From assembly GCA_951406725.2 (NCBI GenBank), contig OX597825.1:82832001-82896000 (forward strand): a stretch of DNA of 64,000 bases, given 5' to 3'. The stretch comes from Octopus vulgaris (lineage: Eukaryota). The notes beneath the pieces were generated by a model, which saw only the letters and a list, made by a program, of their open reading frames with translations, made no database searches and was not told where the DNA came from. Below are positions 1-13,843 of the stretch, in pieces (within the stretch, counting starts at the first letter, position 1; each line of letters starts with the position of its first letter). The translations under genes and the position numbers were made by a program.

Positions 1-136
1 ATTAAGACATATATACTATCAACGGACCACGCCTTATTTAGCAGTAACGCTAGCCGGACATATGATGTAATTTATATGTCTTGCAAAAAACTTGCACATG
101 CAAGTGCTAGCAGTTAAAAGCTCCGTATACCGGAAG

Positions 137-552
137 CTAGCAAGTGTATGGGATCATCAGGAGAGAATGCGCGCCGTTTCGGGGCCTACCTCTCGACGGC
201 ATCACTGATATGAGGCCCCGCTTGCTAGATTTACGCCTGATTTGAATATCCTTCGTATCCTTCGATTCTCTCAGCATCATGACCGTCCGTATCTTCTCCA
301 GCTTATATATTTCGACTATTGATGCTATTGGTAGCTGCAATGAACCTCTTTTACGATAAAGAGCTGAGCTGTTCAACATACGAGGTAGGCCTAGCCACTT
401 TCTAATGAACACATTACATCTTTGTTCAATCCTTTCAACTCGTGACAATGCTACTTCGTATATTACTAGTGGCCACGCAAGTCGCGGGTACAAGCCGAAC
501 TACAAGCACCAAATTTTATATTTACCTGGTAACTTCGAATTATCAATCGCTG
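137..552 (-). mobile_element. HERO-clade (RLE-type) non-LTR retrotransposon, RT thumb fragment, defective
   Basis: Minus-strand translation AIDNSKLPGKYKIWCL*FGLYPRLAWPLVIYEVALSRVERIEQRCNVFIRKWLGLPRMLNSSALY..LQLPIASIVEIYK..RESKD matches the LPGKxKxW..PRxxWPL.....RxWLGLP block of HERO/NeSL-like RTs. There is an in-frame TAG, and homology ends near 255. Confidence 0.75.
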
Positions 553-1724
553 ATATCCTTAGTCTGCATTTATTTCCAAACTGATGTGTGTCTGTATTTC
601 ACTGCGTGGAACTGCTGAGTCATCATTTCTGTATATACCTGAGAAACAGGGGCTGTGCATATCTTGAGGGAATAAGTGCTGGACATCATCATGACGTCAC
701 GGACGTTAGCTTTTTATGACTTGCGTCCAGTAGAGGCATTGAACAGAGGATATCATGTCTTCATGTAGTGCATAGATACTACAGAATATAAAACATATCG
801 ACAGCAAAGCAATTAGTGCGAGGAACATACATCTACAATTTTGCCTTGTTGTAAATAATTCGAGCAGTGTACATGCCAAAGCAAATTATATAACAGCGAA
901 ACAATTGAGATAATTTAGAAATGTAATAATCCCCGTATAATAATTGAAAGTTTTATAATGTTTTCTAAATAATTCTTCTTCCTAATAGCAACTACATTTT
1001 AGTTATAACATACAACCGGAATGTTGAAACTAATGAGAAATATATAGCATTCGTTTTCATTCGGTAATCATTCCGGTTATCACTGAACATTTATGGATAA
1101 CTAGCAAACAATTGCACTGAATATATACAGCAGTAAATACAGATATGAACTTAAAAGAAGCATTAGTAAATACAATTACGATATATCGTACGTAGACATT
1201 CTTTTAATATTCTACAAATATTTGAATCTACACTTAAATAGGCAGTCTATATGGAAATTTGTGTATCAGTAATATAAGAGGAAAATGAATAAGATATATT
1301 CAAAAGATTACATCAGGAAGCCTATATTGGTTAGCTCATACACAGACACACACTCCCTCTCGTCATCTCTCCTTCTCTCCCTTTCTTTCAGACACACACA
1401 CACAAATGTATATGTGTATGTTTGAGTATTTGTTGGTGTTGGTGGAACCGTTGCAAACACATCAATTATTCAGTAGTTAGTGAACTTCTGATAACTGAAG
1501 CAAATTCACTTCATTCTACTTAATATTTCTAATATGAAATGAAAGGTTACTACCCAAACGTTCATACTAGACATGATGCTACGAAGGAGCTTTCATATTG
1601 TTGTCGGGCTTCTCAAAAGACATAATCGATAAAATTTCAAATTAAACTATACTTTCTTACAATGAAAGAACGTGTACAGCCTGTGTGAATGCGCATGTAT
1701 GTGTGGGAATGTGTGTACATATAT

Positions 1725-1925
1725 TCTTTCACTTGTTTCAGTCATTTTGACTGCGGCCATGCCGGAGCAGCGCCTTTAGTCGAGCAAGTCGACTCCAGCA
1801 CTGATTCATTGTAAGGTTAGCACATATTCTATCTCTTTTTTTGTCAAAAGCGCTAAGTTACAGGGACATAAACAAACCAGCCTCGGTTGTCAAGCGATGT
1901 TGAGGGAAGCAAACACTGGCACACA
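1725..1925 (-). mobile_element. tRNA-derived SINE family B, 3' part
   Basis: ttgtttcagtcattttgactgcggccatgccggagcagcgcctttagtcgagcaag... matches the copies at 16878-17085 and 55108-55320. Confidence 0.8.
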
Positions 1926-1929
1926 CGTT

Positions 1930-2013
<84 letters not shown>

Positions 2014-2065
2014 TTATATATATGTATATATATACATATATATATACATATACATATATAAATAC

Positions 2066-2113
<48 letters not shown>

Positions 2114-2214
2114 ACACACACATACACACACACACACACAAACACACATATATATATAGCAATTAATAATTTTACCAAGCTGTGTTCAGTATGTAAAAGG
2201 ACCATTGTCTTGGT

Positions 2215-2246
<32 letters not shown>

Positions 2247-2311
2247 GCATGTGTGCGTTATAAGAAGACGACTTGCATTAACCTTGGATGTTTCTGCTTG
2301 CTAGGCAACCG

Positions 2312-2388
<77 letters not shown>

Positions 2389-2500
2389 TAATGGTGATGA
2401 TGATGATAATAATAGGAAGAAGAAGAAGAAGAAGAAGAAGAAGAAGAAGAAGAAGAAGAAGAAGAAGAAGAAGAAGAAGAAGAAGAAGAAGAAGAAGAAA
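1930..2500. repeat. Compound microsatellites (TA)n/(CA)n, (AAT)n, (GAA)n
   Basis: Directly visible simple repeats, and the source of the YI/poly-I/poly-K ORFs. Confidence 0.95.
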
Positions 2501-2504
2501 AGAA

Positions 2505-2702
2505 AACTGACAAGATATGAAATCAAAAAGCTATTGTCAACGAAACTGTTGTGTAGAGTGCCAAGAATTGTTTGAGCAGCAGATAGAGGGGACAAAAGAA
2601 ATGCAAATTGGTTGGAAGTGATCAGTAGAAAAAGGGAAACAGTGCAAGTCCAGAAAACAGCATTACTTGGCCAGGAATCTCAAGAAAGTCCTCGAGGTTT
2701 GA
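2505..2702 (+). mobile_element. R4/Dong-like non-LTR retrotransposon, extreme C-terminal (RLE) fragment, degenerate
   Basis: Translates with frameshifts to LTRYEIKKLL...VPRIV*AA...WLEVI...VQKTALLG..RNLKKVLEV*, which resembles the R4/Dong C-terminus EIxxLW..VPVVIGALG..QKTALLGTARILRKVL. Confidence 0.6.
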
Positions 2703-2730
2703 AAAGAAAATAATGAAAATAACAATAATG

Positions 2731-2941
2731 TTTTCAAATTTTGGCACAAGGCCAAAAATTTCGGGGGAAGGGTAAGTCAATTCCATCGGCACCAGTGCTT
2801 CAACTGGTACTCATCTTAATCGACTCCGAAGCGATTAAGTGATAAGTCGACCTCGGCGGAATTTGAACTTGGAACGTAACGGGAGACAAAATACGGCTAA
2901 GCATTTCGCCCGGCGTCCTAACGTTTCTGCCAGCTCGCCGC

Positions 2942-2942
<1 letters not shown>
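2731..2942 (-). mobile_element. tRNA-derived SINE family A
   Basis: Head ggcggcgagctggcagaaacgttag with B-box-like gttcaaattcc and core gaggtcgac...gtcgat...gagtaccagt. More than 12 related copies are present in the window. Confidence 0.85.
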
Positions 2943-3038
<96 letters not shown>

Positions 3039-3258
3039 TAATAATAATGATGATGATGATGATATATCGCATTGAACCAGAGATTGCGGTTGTTATTGGT
3101 AATATGAAACCCTCCCTAATATGCGAAGAAATACTTGTTTCAACGGAGGTTCACAGATCGAGAATTTTGCAGATTATCGAATACACAACAATGTGTTTGT
3201 GTCTGTGTAACTATATATGTACGTATGTATGTATGTATTTATATCTATCTATGCATAC

Positions 3259-3307
<49 letters not shown>

Positions 3308-3371
3308 CTTGTGTGTGTGTGTGTATGTACGTGTGTTTGTGTATGTGTGTATTGTTTATGCGCATCTATAC

Positions 3372-3423
<52 letters not shown>

Positions 3424-3485
3424 GTATGTATACATAAATATATATATACACATATATATATATATATATATTTATGTGTATATAT

Positions 3486-3553
<68 letters not shown>

Positions 3554-3564
3554 AAATATATGTG

Positions 3565-3623
<59 letters not shown>

Positions 3624-3991
3624 TTGGTAAGATAGGTATATTGATAGATAGACAAATAAAATAGATATAGAAATAGATTGATAGATAGGTTGTTTCAATC
3701 TTAGGAAGATTGATACCTATATGAAATATCTAAGTCTGAATTTCTAATTTTACATATTGATATAACTTTTAAAGTACATCATGTCATGTTACCACACTTA
3801 GACGTGGCTTTTCTCTACATTTATTGACGAAAAGCAAAGAAGACAAAACAAAACAAAACAAAACAAAACAAACAAGTGAAATTTATCAATGGACGTATGG
3901 AAGATACTAATGCCCATTGAACTGAGGTCATCTGCCTCTCATAAGTCTTTCACAAATTTATATACATGCGTGCATACACACATACATTTAT

Positions 3992-4046
<55 letters not shown>

Positions 4047-4151
4047 GATTGTGTACGTGTACATATATATATATATATATATATGTATGTATATATATAC
4101 ACATATATATACATATGTATATATATATATACACATATATATACAAATATG

Positions 4152-4202
<51 letters not shown>

Positions 4203-4784
4203 TATATGTATCTTCGCTCTCTCTGTTCAGACATATTGTATTGCTTTTGTGGTGATGGTTTTTCTAGATTTTGTTATTTTTGTTGTTGTTGTTGTTGTTG
4301 TATAGGCCTGATATGACATTATTAGGGAAAAAAAAACTTTGAATCAAGTGCTGGCCTTTTACCAATTAACTATAACAAGAAAATATCTTAGCCATAACAT
4401 CTATAGACACATTTTGATTGAATTTCCACTACCTCGCCCTCCTCTCCGAAACTCTCGGTAGACGTTTTCGTCAATAAATTAACACGCAATAATAGATGTT
4501 TGTTTTTCAGTTGCTTTAAACTGTACAAAATCGATTTTTGTTTATTAAAAGTTTTAATGTGGAATATAGTTCAGTAGAATATAATGAGGATATTTGCTTC
4601 GAAAGGAAAAAAGAAAAAAAAATTACGGCTGATGTTTTATTTTATTGTTTTTTTTCCCATTTTTTATGTGCTTTTTTTCATAATGAAATACTCTTACTTT
4701 CGCTTTCATACTTTTTGATGTTTTTACGGCCAAGTTTTAACATCCTTTTCTTTCTAATTATATATTAATTGTTGATGTTGTTCT

Positions 4785-4965
4785 CCTTATTGTTGTTTAC
4801 TACCGTCAGTTCAACTCTGATCGAGCAGACAGATGGTCACCAATATATTCCTGCCATGACTATCCCTACATAATTATTCATATTAACAGAAATTCGATGT
4901 CCTTCTTTATTTAGAATTGCATAGCATTATATGAGAGGGACTTTGTTGTTATTTCTACCGAATCA
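4785..4965. repeat. Old dispersed repeat (family C), degenerate
   Basis: The motif ctgatcgagcagac...attcc(t/a)gccatgac(t/c)atccc recurs in decayed form near 15560-15700, 38590-38660 (reverse), 43710-43790 (reverse) and 54900-55050. Confidence 0.45.
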
Positions 4966-5608
4966 TGAGGGACCGTTGAGCAAATGACTTCAATTAATGT
5001 GCCGCGTACCACCTGTAAGTGATGGGTGTCAAGTTTTTAAATTCAGTCAGAAAATGGCAGATCGTTTAGAATGCGAGTGTTTATTTTCAGGCAGTTTACT
5101 GGTATCTGTTTATGCCTCTGCACAGAAGTGCAATGATGCGCTTATCTCTGTACGTAATCAGTTTTTAAATAATTCGTGTATTAACTCCTCTTCAAGTATA
5201 TTTGTGCATTCTAAGTCTAAACTGCAGACTCATGTGTACAGAGATTAATAAGGCTTTTAAATTGGGTGTAAAAAGCTCCCCCTCGAAAACAGAAGCCTTT
5301 TCCTTACAAGGTTAACCATTGTCATTCTCTAGTGCTTGTTGTTCTCTGAGTATACCAAGGCATCGTCAAATGAAGTTCCTTCTCTTTGGAAATCATGTGG
5401 TATCCAGCCACATAAAAGAAGCTTTGGTATTTTTTTTAGGTGGGGGTGGCGTACGTTCTGAGTCCAAATGCCCCGGAATTTTTATTCGAAGTATCTTTCA
5501 ACAACATTCTCGTATAATAGTAACGAACATTTATTCTACAAAAGTATAGAGAAACCCAACAGTTTAATATAAAATCTTTATTACTGAGCATAAATATAAA
5601 CTTTAACA

Positions 5609-5610
<2 letters not shown>

Positions 5611-5683
<73 letters not shown>

Positions 5684-5701
5684 TTATCTATCTCACTTTC
5701 C

Positions 5702-5767
<66 letters not shown>

Positions 5768-5780
5768 TTATCTATCTACT

Positions 5781-5826
<46 letters not shown>

Positions 5827-5827
5827 A

Positions 5828-5881
<54 letters not shown>

Positions 5882-5963
5882 TTATCTATCTCACTTTCTA
5901 TCTATCTATCTATCAATCTATCTATCTATCTATCTATCTATCTATTTATCTATCTCACTTTCT

Positions 5964-6021
<58 letters not shown>

Positions 6022-6090
6022 AATCAATATATCTATCTATCTATCTATCAATCAATATATCTATCTATCTATCTATCTATCTATCTGTCT
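5611..6090. repeat. (ATCT)n microsatellite with higher-order interruptions
   Basis: About 480 bp of ATCT, with the interruption tatttatctatctcactttc/tt recurring three times. Confidence 0.95.
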
Positions 6091-6699
6091 ACCATCTTTG
6101 AAATAAATACAAAATGAACTGCATAACAATCATTCTAAATGCACTGTCCGTCCGGAACAAACCTAAACAAACAAGGATCGTGTCGAATCAAGTCTTCTCC
6201 ATCGTAAAAATAGAGAATAAAGGCGGCTAGAATAATATAAAGACAGCAGCTGTAGCCAAGACACTAACAGCATTATCAATCTATTGTTCATGTGGCCTCT
6301 TCATTCATCGAGAATGGTGTGCATCAAAACCTATCGGACGATTGTTCCACGTCACGTAGAACGTAGAAACAAACACGGTATCAGACGACCTGGTCGCTAA
6401 AATTTCTTTATTCAAACAAACTGGAGAGTGAAACGAAGGTTTTCTTTGATTATTTGTGTTAATGTAAGAAACTAAAGCTTTGTCACGACAGTATGCACTT
6501 ATAAAAGACTAACAAATTTGACTGAATTTTAGAGCATAATTCAATAGGTAGGTGTATGTGTGTGTGTGTGTGTTTATGTACTTCAGGAAATGAATAAAAA
6601 ATTTAAAGGCTTGGTTCTATAGTTAAGCCATACGCTGCAAAATCTAGCGGTTCTGGGTTCGACCCCATGGAGAAACCGTGTCACATATGTGAATGTTTG

Positions 6700-6815
6700 T
6701 ATGTTTGTTATTATGTAGTTCATTTCAAGATTTCTTCCAACCGGTTTCTAATCTAGATCCAAGGCTCCCTCATTGGAAATTCAACACAAACAGCAGGGTA
6801 TTTTTGTTTGTATTT
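6700..6815 (-). mobile_element. Dispersed repeat family F (probable retroelement 3' UTR ending in (CATA)n)
   Basis: ccggtttctaatctagatccaaggctcc...gtatttttgt is also found at 32395-32510 (inverted) and 32750-32840. Confidence 0.6.
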
Positions 6816-7865
6816 ACTTATGTGCAGATTTGTATGTAAGTATGTATGTATGCCTGTGTATGTATGCATGTATGTATAAATGTATGTATGTGTATGTATG
6901 CATGTATGTGTGCATGTATGCGTGTATGTATATACAAGTAGAGCCGTAATAACGGGATGATTATGTCATAAATATATTTGGTATTCTATGTCAGTTTTAT
7001 AATCCAAGATTCGAGTATTTAAAATGTGTGCCATCTTCAGGGCCCACACTGTATGTGTATGTGTTTGTATGTAAATGCTTATTTATTTGTGTACATATGC
7101 ACAAGCATTCGTACACATCTATATGTATACATCCATTCACACGCACGTAAAATGAATTCTAAGAGCTAAAATACAGTTTCGTTTGAAGTGTTTTCGTCAG
7201 ATTAAAAAGTACATACGAGTCTTTGTTATAAATTTGGTTCATCTTGTTTGTCGAACAATGTGGTTACGAAGACTTTTTTTCCTTGTATAAAACAGTTCTT
7301 TAAGGCATACAAAATACCGTGCTTATAGGTAGTCTGATTCGATGAGCAGAAATAATGTCGAAACCAACATACATTTAAACTGATATTAAGTTCATACAAT
7401 CATAGATGTTTTAGACTAATGTGAGTGAATAATATAACCAAATCACACGTGAACTAAGTATAATAACAAAAACTTGGTAACTTCTAGTTGGTTTAGGTGT
7501 TAAAACTTAAATTTTGAGACACGTATACAAATAGTAATAGTTAGTTTAGACATAGAAATAGTTTTTTAAGAAAAGATACCGGGTTTAGATACATAGAGAT
7601 AAAGATATTTATCGAATTAACTGTATCTTTATCTCTATCACAATGTCTATGTTCATCTGACTACGACAAGAAATGGGAAAATTATCTCGACAACAAGGCG
7701 TCTATTTAATTCTATTTGTTTTTTTACTGTCGTTTACTAAATCATGTGATAGTACATTCTCATACTTCTACACAACATAGACAGCTACACATGAGTGTAT
7801 GAGTGTCTGTGTGTCCTACACATCGATATATATGGATGTATGTTTTAAATAATAATAATAATAAT

Positions 7866-9235
7866 CGTTTTTACTATAGGCACAAAAGCTGAAATTTAGG
7901 GGAAGGGATAAATCGATTACAGTGACCCCAGTGTTACTAAATTTATACTTATAGTTAATTTATTAACTCCAAAAGGACGAAAGGCAAGGTCGACCTCGGC
8001 GGAATTTGAACTCAGAACGTAACGGCCGACGAAATACCTATTTCTTTACTAACGGCAAGGGGCTAAACACAGAGAGGACACACAAGGACAGAAAAAACGG
8101 ATTAAGTCGATTATATCGACTCCAGTGTGTAACTGGTACTTAATTTATCGAACCTGAAAGGATGAAAAGCAAAGTAGACCTCCGCGGAATTTGAACTCAG
8201 AACGTAGCGGCAAACGAACTACCGCTAAGCATGTCGCCCAGCGGGCTAACAATTCCGTCATCTCACCGTATTACTACTACTAATAATAATAGCACTCATT
8301 TGCATTAAAGATCCTGAAATTTCGAGCGAGGGAATTAGTGGACTTCATGGACACGAGTGCTTCATTGGTAATTAATTTATCGACCCCGAAAGGATGAAAG
8401 GCAAAGTCGACGTCGGCGGGATTTGAACTCATAACGTAACGGCGGAAGAAATACAGATAAGCTTTTTACCTGGTGTTTTAACGATTCTTATTTCTTTATT
8501 GCCCACAAGTGGCTAAACATAGAGGGGACAAACAAGGACAGACAAAGCGTAACTGGTACTTAATTTATTGACCTCGAAAAGATGAAAGGCAAAGTCGACA
8601 TTTTAGCAATTTTTCTCAAACTATGGTATCAAATGCGAATGTTTATGGAATATCAATGAATGATAAAGATGGGAAATGCAAAAGAAAATTAAATTAAAAT
8701 CGTTCTCAATTTTTGTAGTTCAAAAATTGCGATTCCAATAGTTAACATTACTTTTATACACTAGCCACAAATCCCAGTATTTTGAGGGAGAGAGGTCAGT
8801 CGATTAGACTGACCCCCAGTACGCAACTGGTACTTAATTTATCGACCAGAAAAGATGAAAGGCATAGTCAATCACGACTGAATTTGAACTCAGAACGTAA
8901 AGACAGACGAAATACATATTTCTTTACTACCCACAAGGGGCTAAACAAAGATAGGACAAACAAGGAAAGACAAACGGCAGACGAAATGCCGCTAAGCATT
9001 TCGCCTGGCGTGCTAAGGTTACTGTCATCTCGCTGCCTTTGTAAAGAATATTATTTTCTACTCTAAGCACAAGGCTCGAAATTTTGGGGGAGTGGAGTAA
9101 GTGGGAGCAGTCAATTAGATCGAGTCCAGTACGCAACTGGTAATTAATTTATCGACCCCAAAAAGATGAAAGGCAAAAGTCGACCTCGGTAGAATTTGAA
9201 CTCAGAACGTAAAGACATACGAGATACCACTAAAA
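7866..9235 (-). mobile_element. Cluster of about 7 complete or partial SINE-A units in the same orientation
   Basis: The core gaaaggatgaaaggcaaagtcgacctcggcggaatttgaactcagaacgta repeats at about 7975, 8155, 8390, 8575, 8850 and 9165. Two alternative 3' tails are present. Confidence 0.85.
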
Positions 9236-9339
9236 TACCCAGTTATCGACTCTTATATGAATGTCCACTTATCGAGTTTAATGATACAGCTGAAATAAGA
9301 TGCACATTAAGTATGGGGATGATATAATCATCATGTATA

Positions 9340-9589
9340 CAGTAATTCCTCGACATATCACGGTTTACCTATCGCGGGTCACTATTTCGCGGTTCACCTA
9401 TCGCGGTTTATTTTTTAAGCTTACGTCGATTCCTCTGTGGTGTTGTTTTGCACTTACAATAAAATAAATATATACAAATTATAAAAGTAATGAAAAAATA
9501 TACAGCACAGCACTGTGTCTACTTCGCGGATTTTCAACTATTGCGGGGTGCTTTTGAAGAGAGCACCCGCGACAGTCGATGTATCACTG
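9340..9589. mobile_element. pogo/Tigger-like MITE (Tc1/mariner superfamily)
   Basis: TA|CAGTAATTCCTCGACATATCACGG ... CCGCGACAGTCGATGTATCACTG|TA, giving imperfect TIRs of about 24 bp and a TA target duplication. Internal atcgcgg subrepeats are present. Confidence 0.8.
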
Positions 9590-10008
9590 TACAGATTTCA
9601 ATGCGGTGCTCCACCCTGGTTGCAGACAAATATACTAAACCAAGGAAAGATTTTTTTCTTTTAAATGAAAGAATATTATTCTTCAGATTACCTGTTTTGT
9701 TTGCAAACAATTTTCCTAAAGAACAGAAAACTTTAGCCCAAATTATCAAAAAATTTCCGTATCATCTTCTTTTCTACGTTTTCAAATTTCTTAAATTGCA
9801 AATCAAAAAAAAAAACAAAACAAACAGATCTTAACAAAGAAATATAATAGATGTTAATTAGTTTTCTCTCCGTAGAAAAATTGATGACGATTTTTTCTTT
9901 CGCTTTTCTGTTTGTTTGTTTTTCGTTTTTTTTTGTAGTTCTTTCCTCTAATATCAAGTACTTGTTTGTACTCTATCAAATATTTCAATTTCGACTTGAA
10001 AACCACTA

Positions 10009-10117
<109 letters not shown>

Positions 10118-10152
10118 GTATGTATATATATATATCTATATATGTATGTATG

Positions 10153-10271
<119 letters not shown>

Positions 10272-10600
10272 TTATATGTATATACACACATGTATAGATA
10301 TATTTATATATACACACAGACAGAAGGCAGAAAGGACGTGACAGAGAATGAGAGCAAAAGAGAGTGAGAGAGCCTGCGATTAAGAGTGGGTGTGATAAAT
10401 TTCTTGGGGGTGAAAAGCGTTAGACGCACAGAAGAATAATTAAGATTATTGCTTTTACAGAAAAAGTTATTTTAATGAAGCCAGAGAAGTAAACGGAATA
10501 AAGGCGAAGAAAATACACAGCAGAGTAAAAACTGTCACTCGGTGATTTGTGTTTTTTTCATTACAATAGGTTTGCCAGCTTATTGTAGCGATTCTGTCTG

Positions 10601-10664
<64 letters not shown>

Positions 10665-10826
10665 CCTACCTAACTATCCAACTATCTATTTATCTATCTA
10701 CCTACCTACCTATCTATTTATCTATTTATCTATCTATCTATCTAACTATCTACCTATCTAAATATCTATGAATCTATACAAGTATATATGTGTGTGAATG
10801 TGTATATATGTCTATATTTATGTCTA

Positions 10827-10862
<36 letters not shown>

Positions 10863-11829
10863 CATACATACATACATACATACATACATACATACATACA
10901 TACATACATACATACATACATACATACATACATACATACGTATAGCTGTGCGTGTGTATGTATTTGTTTGTGTGTTTGTGGGAGTATTTGTATATGTGTA
11001 TTCTGTATAAAACTCATTGCTAGCGGCTGATCATGTTACTGTCTGCAGAACAAATAAATCTCTGTGACAGAAAATTAACATGGTGCTGCTAATGATGTTG
11101 ATGATAAAACCGGAAGTGATGTCTATTGTAGTAATAATGACGATGATAGTAGCAACTATGATGATGAGAATTATAAGAACGATGTTCATATTGATATATC
11201 TTAACAATGATGATGTCGTTCTTTCTACTATAGACACAATACCCAAAATTTTGAGAGAAGAGGTCGGTTGAGTACATCAACTCTAGACTTTAGCTAGGTA
11301 TTGTTTCATTGTTTCATATACGCTTCTCGTATATGATATATTTTTTCTGTTTTCTTCGTCATACATTGGTATTGTAATGAAGAAGAGAGGTACTGTCCTT
11401 TGTTACAATCTCTGCCTTATTGACTCACTGAGATTCAGGTTTACTAGATACACAATGTCAACGGTGCTTATAATCATATTTTCATTTGATTATTTCAATA
11501 TTTTAAAACAATATGCTGTGAGAATATAATACTATGTTATTATTTAGAAATTCTTACATCATTGCAAATTTCACAGTGGAATGTAACCGGATTAAATTTA
11601 CATTCATTTGTAGTTACTTTTGCTCACAATCCTCTAGAAAGAACTTAATGAGATTGTTCATCGAATAATGTAGTTTGCAATGCTAATATGAGAAATTTGT
11701 TACGGTCATCGGTCATTTCGTCATCAAAAAACAGTCAGGCATTAGTGAGGAAGTGTTATCTCCTCTTGAGAAGCTATTTGTAGGTAGCGTTCGAAATGGT
11801 TGCATGGTGTCACTTGTTCTGACAAGTGT

Positions 11830-12026
11830 TTGCTTGTTTCAGTCTTTGACATGCAGCCATTCTGGGGCACCGTGATAAAAGGTTTTAATTGATCGAATCG
11901 ATCTCTTTATTTTCTTTTCAAACTTGGTTCTTACTCCTCCTCTTCTCAGTTGCTGAACTGTTAATTTACGGAGAAAGAAACGAAAAATTTCCGTTGCCAA
12001 GCGGTAATGAGGGAGAAACATAATGA

Positions 12027-12114
<88 letters not shown>

Positions 12115-12270
12115 AACGAGTTCTTTCGGTTTCTGTTCATCACATCCACTCGCCAGGTTTTTGTAGTCTCGGGGACTTTAGTGGAAAATGCCTGCCGAAG
12201 GTGCCACACACTGGCCTGAACCCAAAACCCTGTGGTTTAGACCAAACATCTTACCAATCAGCCACGCATG
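11830..12270 (-). mobile_element. SINE family B variant with internal (CA)n
   Basis: The B-type tail (cttgtttcagtc...gcagccat) and B-type head-side segment (tccactcgccagg...ggtgccacacactggcctgaaccc) flank an approximately 80-bp CA repeat. Confidence 0.6.
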
Positions 12271-12761
12271 CGTCTCTGTGTGTGTTTGCATGTGTGCGGG
12301 TAATGAGTTCAAATCAAAGACTGCGTTTTTGGCAAAAGAACTTCTTAACTCAACAACCATTCTCGAATCTATGTCACTTAAAGTTTAAAAGTCTGTATTC
12401 GAACGTCGAAAAATATGAGTCACTTCTGCTAACAATGTTTTTAGACAATAAATATTCGATTCATAATAAAAAAAAAATCGCTACGGGATAGCATTTAACA
12501 ACGGTATTGTACACATTGTCTATTGGTAAATGAATCAATCTAGATGCGACGAGCTATATCGATCGCTATAAATTGGTCATACAATACAAAGCTTCGATTT
12601 TGACATCAGGACAACATCAAAAATAAATTAATACATTCCAAGTGTGAACGACACCGCTGCTGTGAAAAGAGCAAGCATCATAGGAATTATCGTTGTTTGG
12701 TACTGTCTAGCTGATGCAGTGTGTGTGTGTGTGTGCGTGTCTGTGTGTGTGCATGTGTGTG

Positions 12762-12806
<45 letters not shown>

Positions 12807-12859
12807 ATGGATATATATATATATATCTGTATGTATGTATGGATATATATATGTATGTA

Positions 12860-13055
12860 TTACCTCGTTAGTATCACTGGCGATTTTTTTTCCTCTGTCT
12901 TCTCTTCTCGGGATCTTTGCTTCTCCTATGTTTCCGACGAAGAGCTCCGCTGGAAACGTTAAACCCTCCTTCTTCCCTTCTTTCCTCAGCGTCCAATAAT
13001 ACTTTATTTGTTCCACGTCCTCACGTTGTTGTGTTTTTTTCTTGTTTGGATTTTT
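12860..13055 (+). mobile_element. Penelope-like terminal (pLTR) fragment with degenerate hammerhead-like core
   Basis: CCGACGA-agagc-tcc-gctg-GAAA-cgtt at 12934-12960 sits between (TA)n tracts. The downstream sequence is related to 18127-18250 (reverse). Confidence 0.55.
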
Positions 13056-13500
<445 letters not shown>

Positions 13501-13556
13501 AACACTTTCATATACAAACATACATACGTACATATATGTTTTTCTGTGTGTGTGTG

Positions 13557-13594
<38 letters not shown>

Positions 13595-13809
13595 AGAGAG
13601 AGAGGAGAGAGAGTTAACAGCTGAGATCGGTACAATCTCAATATAGCGAACACTTGGCAGCGCTCAAATTATATGAGCTTACATTCCGATATGTGTACCG
13701 AGGACCTGGTCAGCATGGGTATAGCTGCAAGTAGAATCAAAGTGAATAAATATAGAGACAATGACTCCAAACAAACAGATAAAACCTTGGATTTTAATTT
13801 TTACAGAAG

Positions 13810-13843
<34 letters not shown>

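Noticed and set aside
1853-4316. Many 60-210 aa ORFs rich in YI, CV, TH, poly-I and poly-K (also throughout the window)
   Set aside because: Translations of (TA)n, (CA)n, (AAT)n and (GAA)n microsatellites that lack stop codons in some frames.
7866-9235. CRISPR-like array of recurring direct repeats
   Set aside because: The units are long, irregularly spaced SINE bodies with no unique spacers and no cas genes, in a eukaryotic context.
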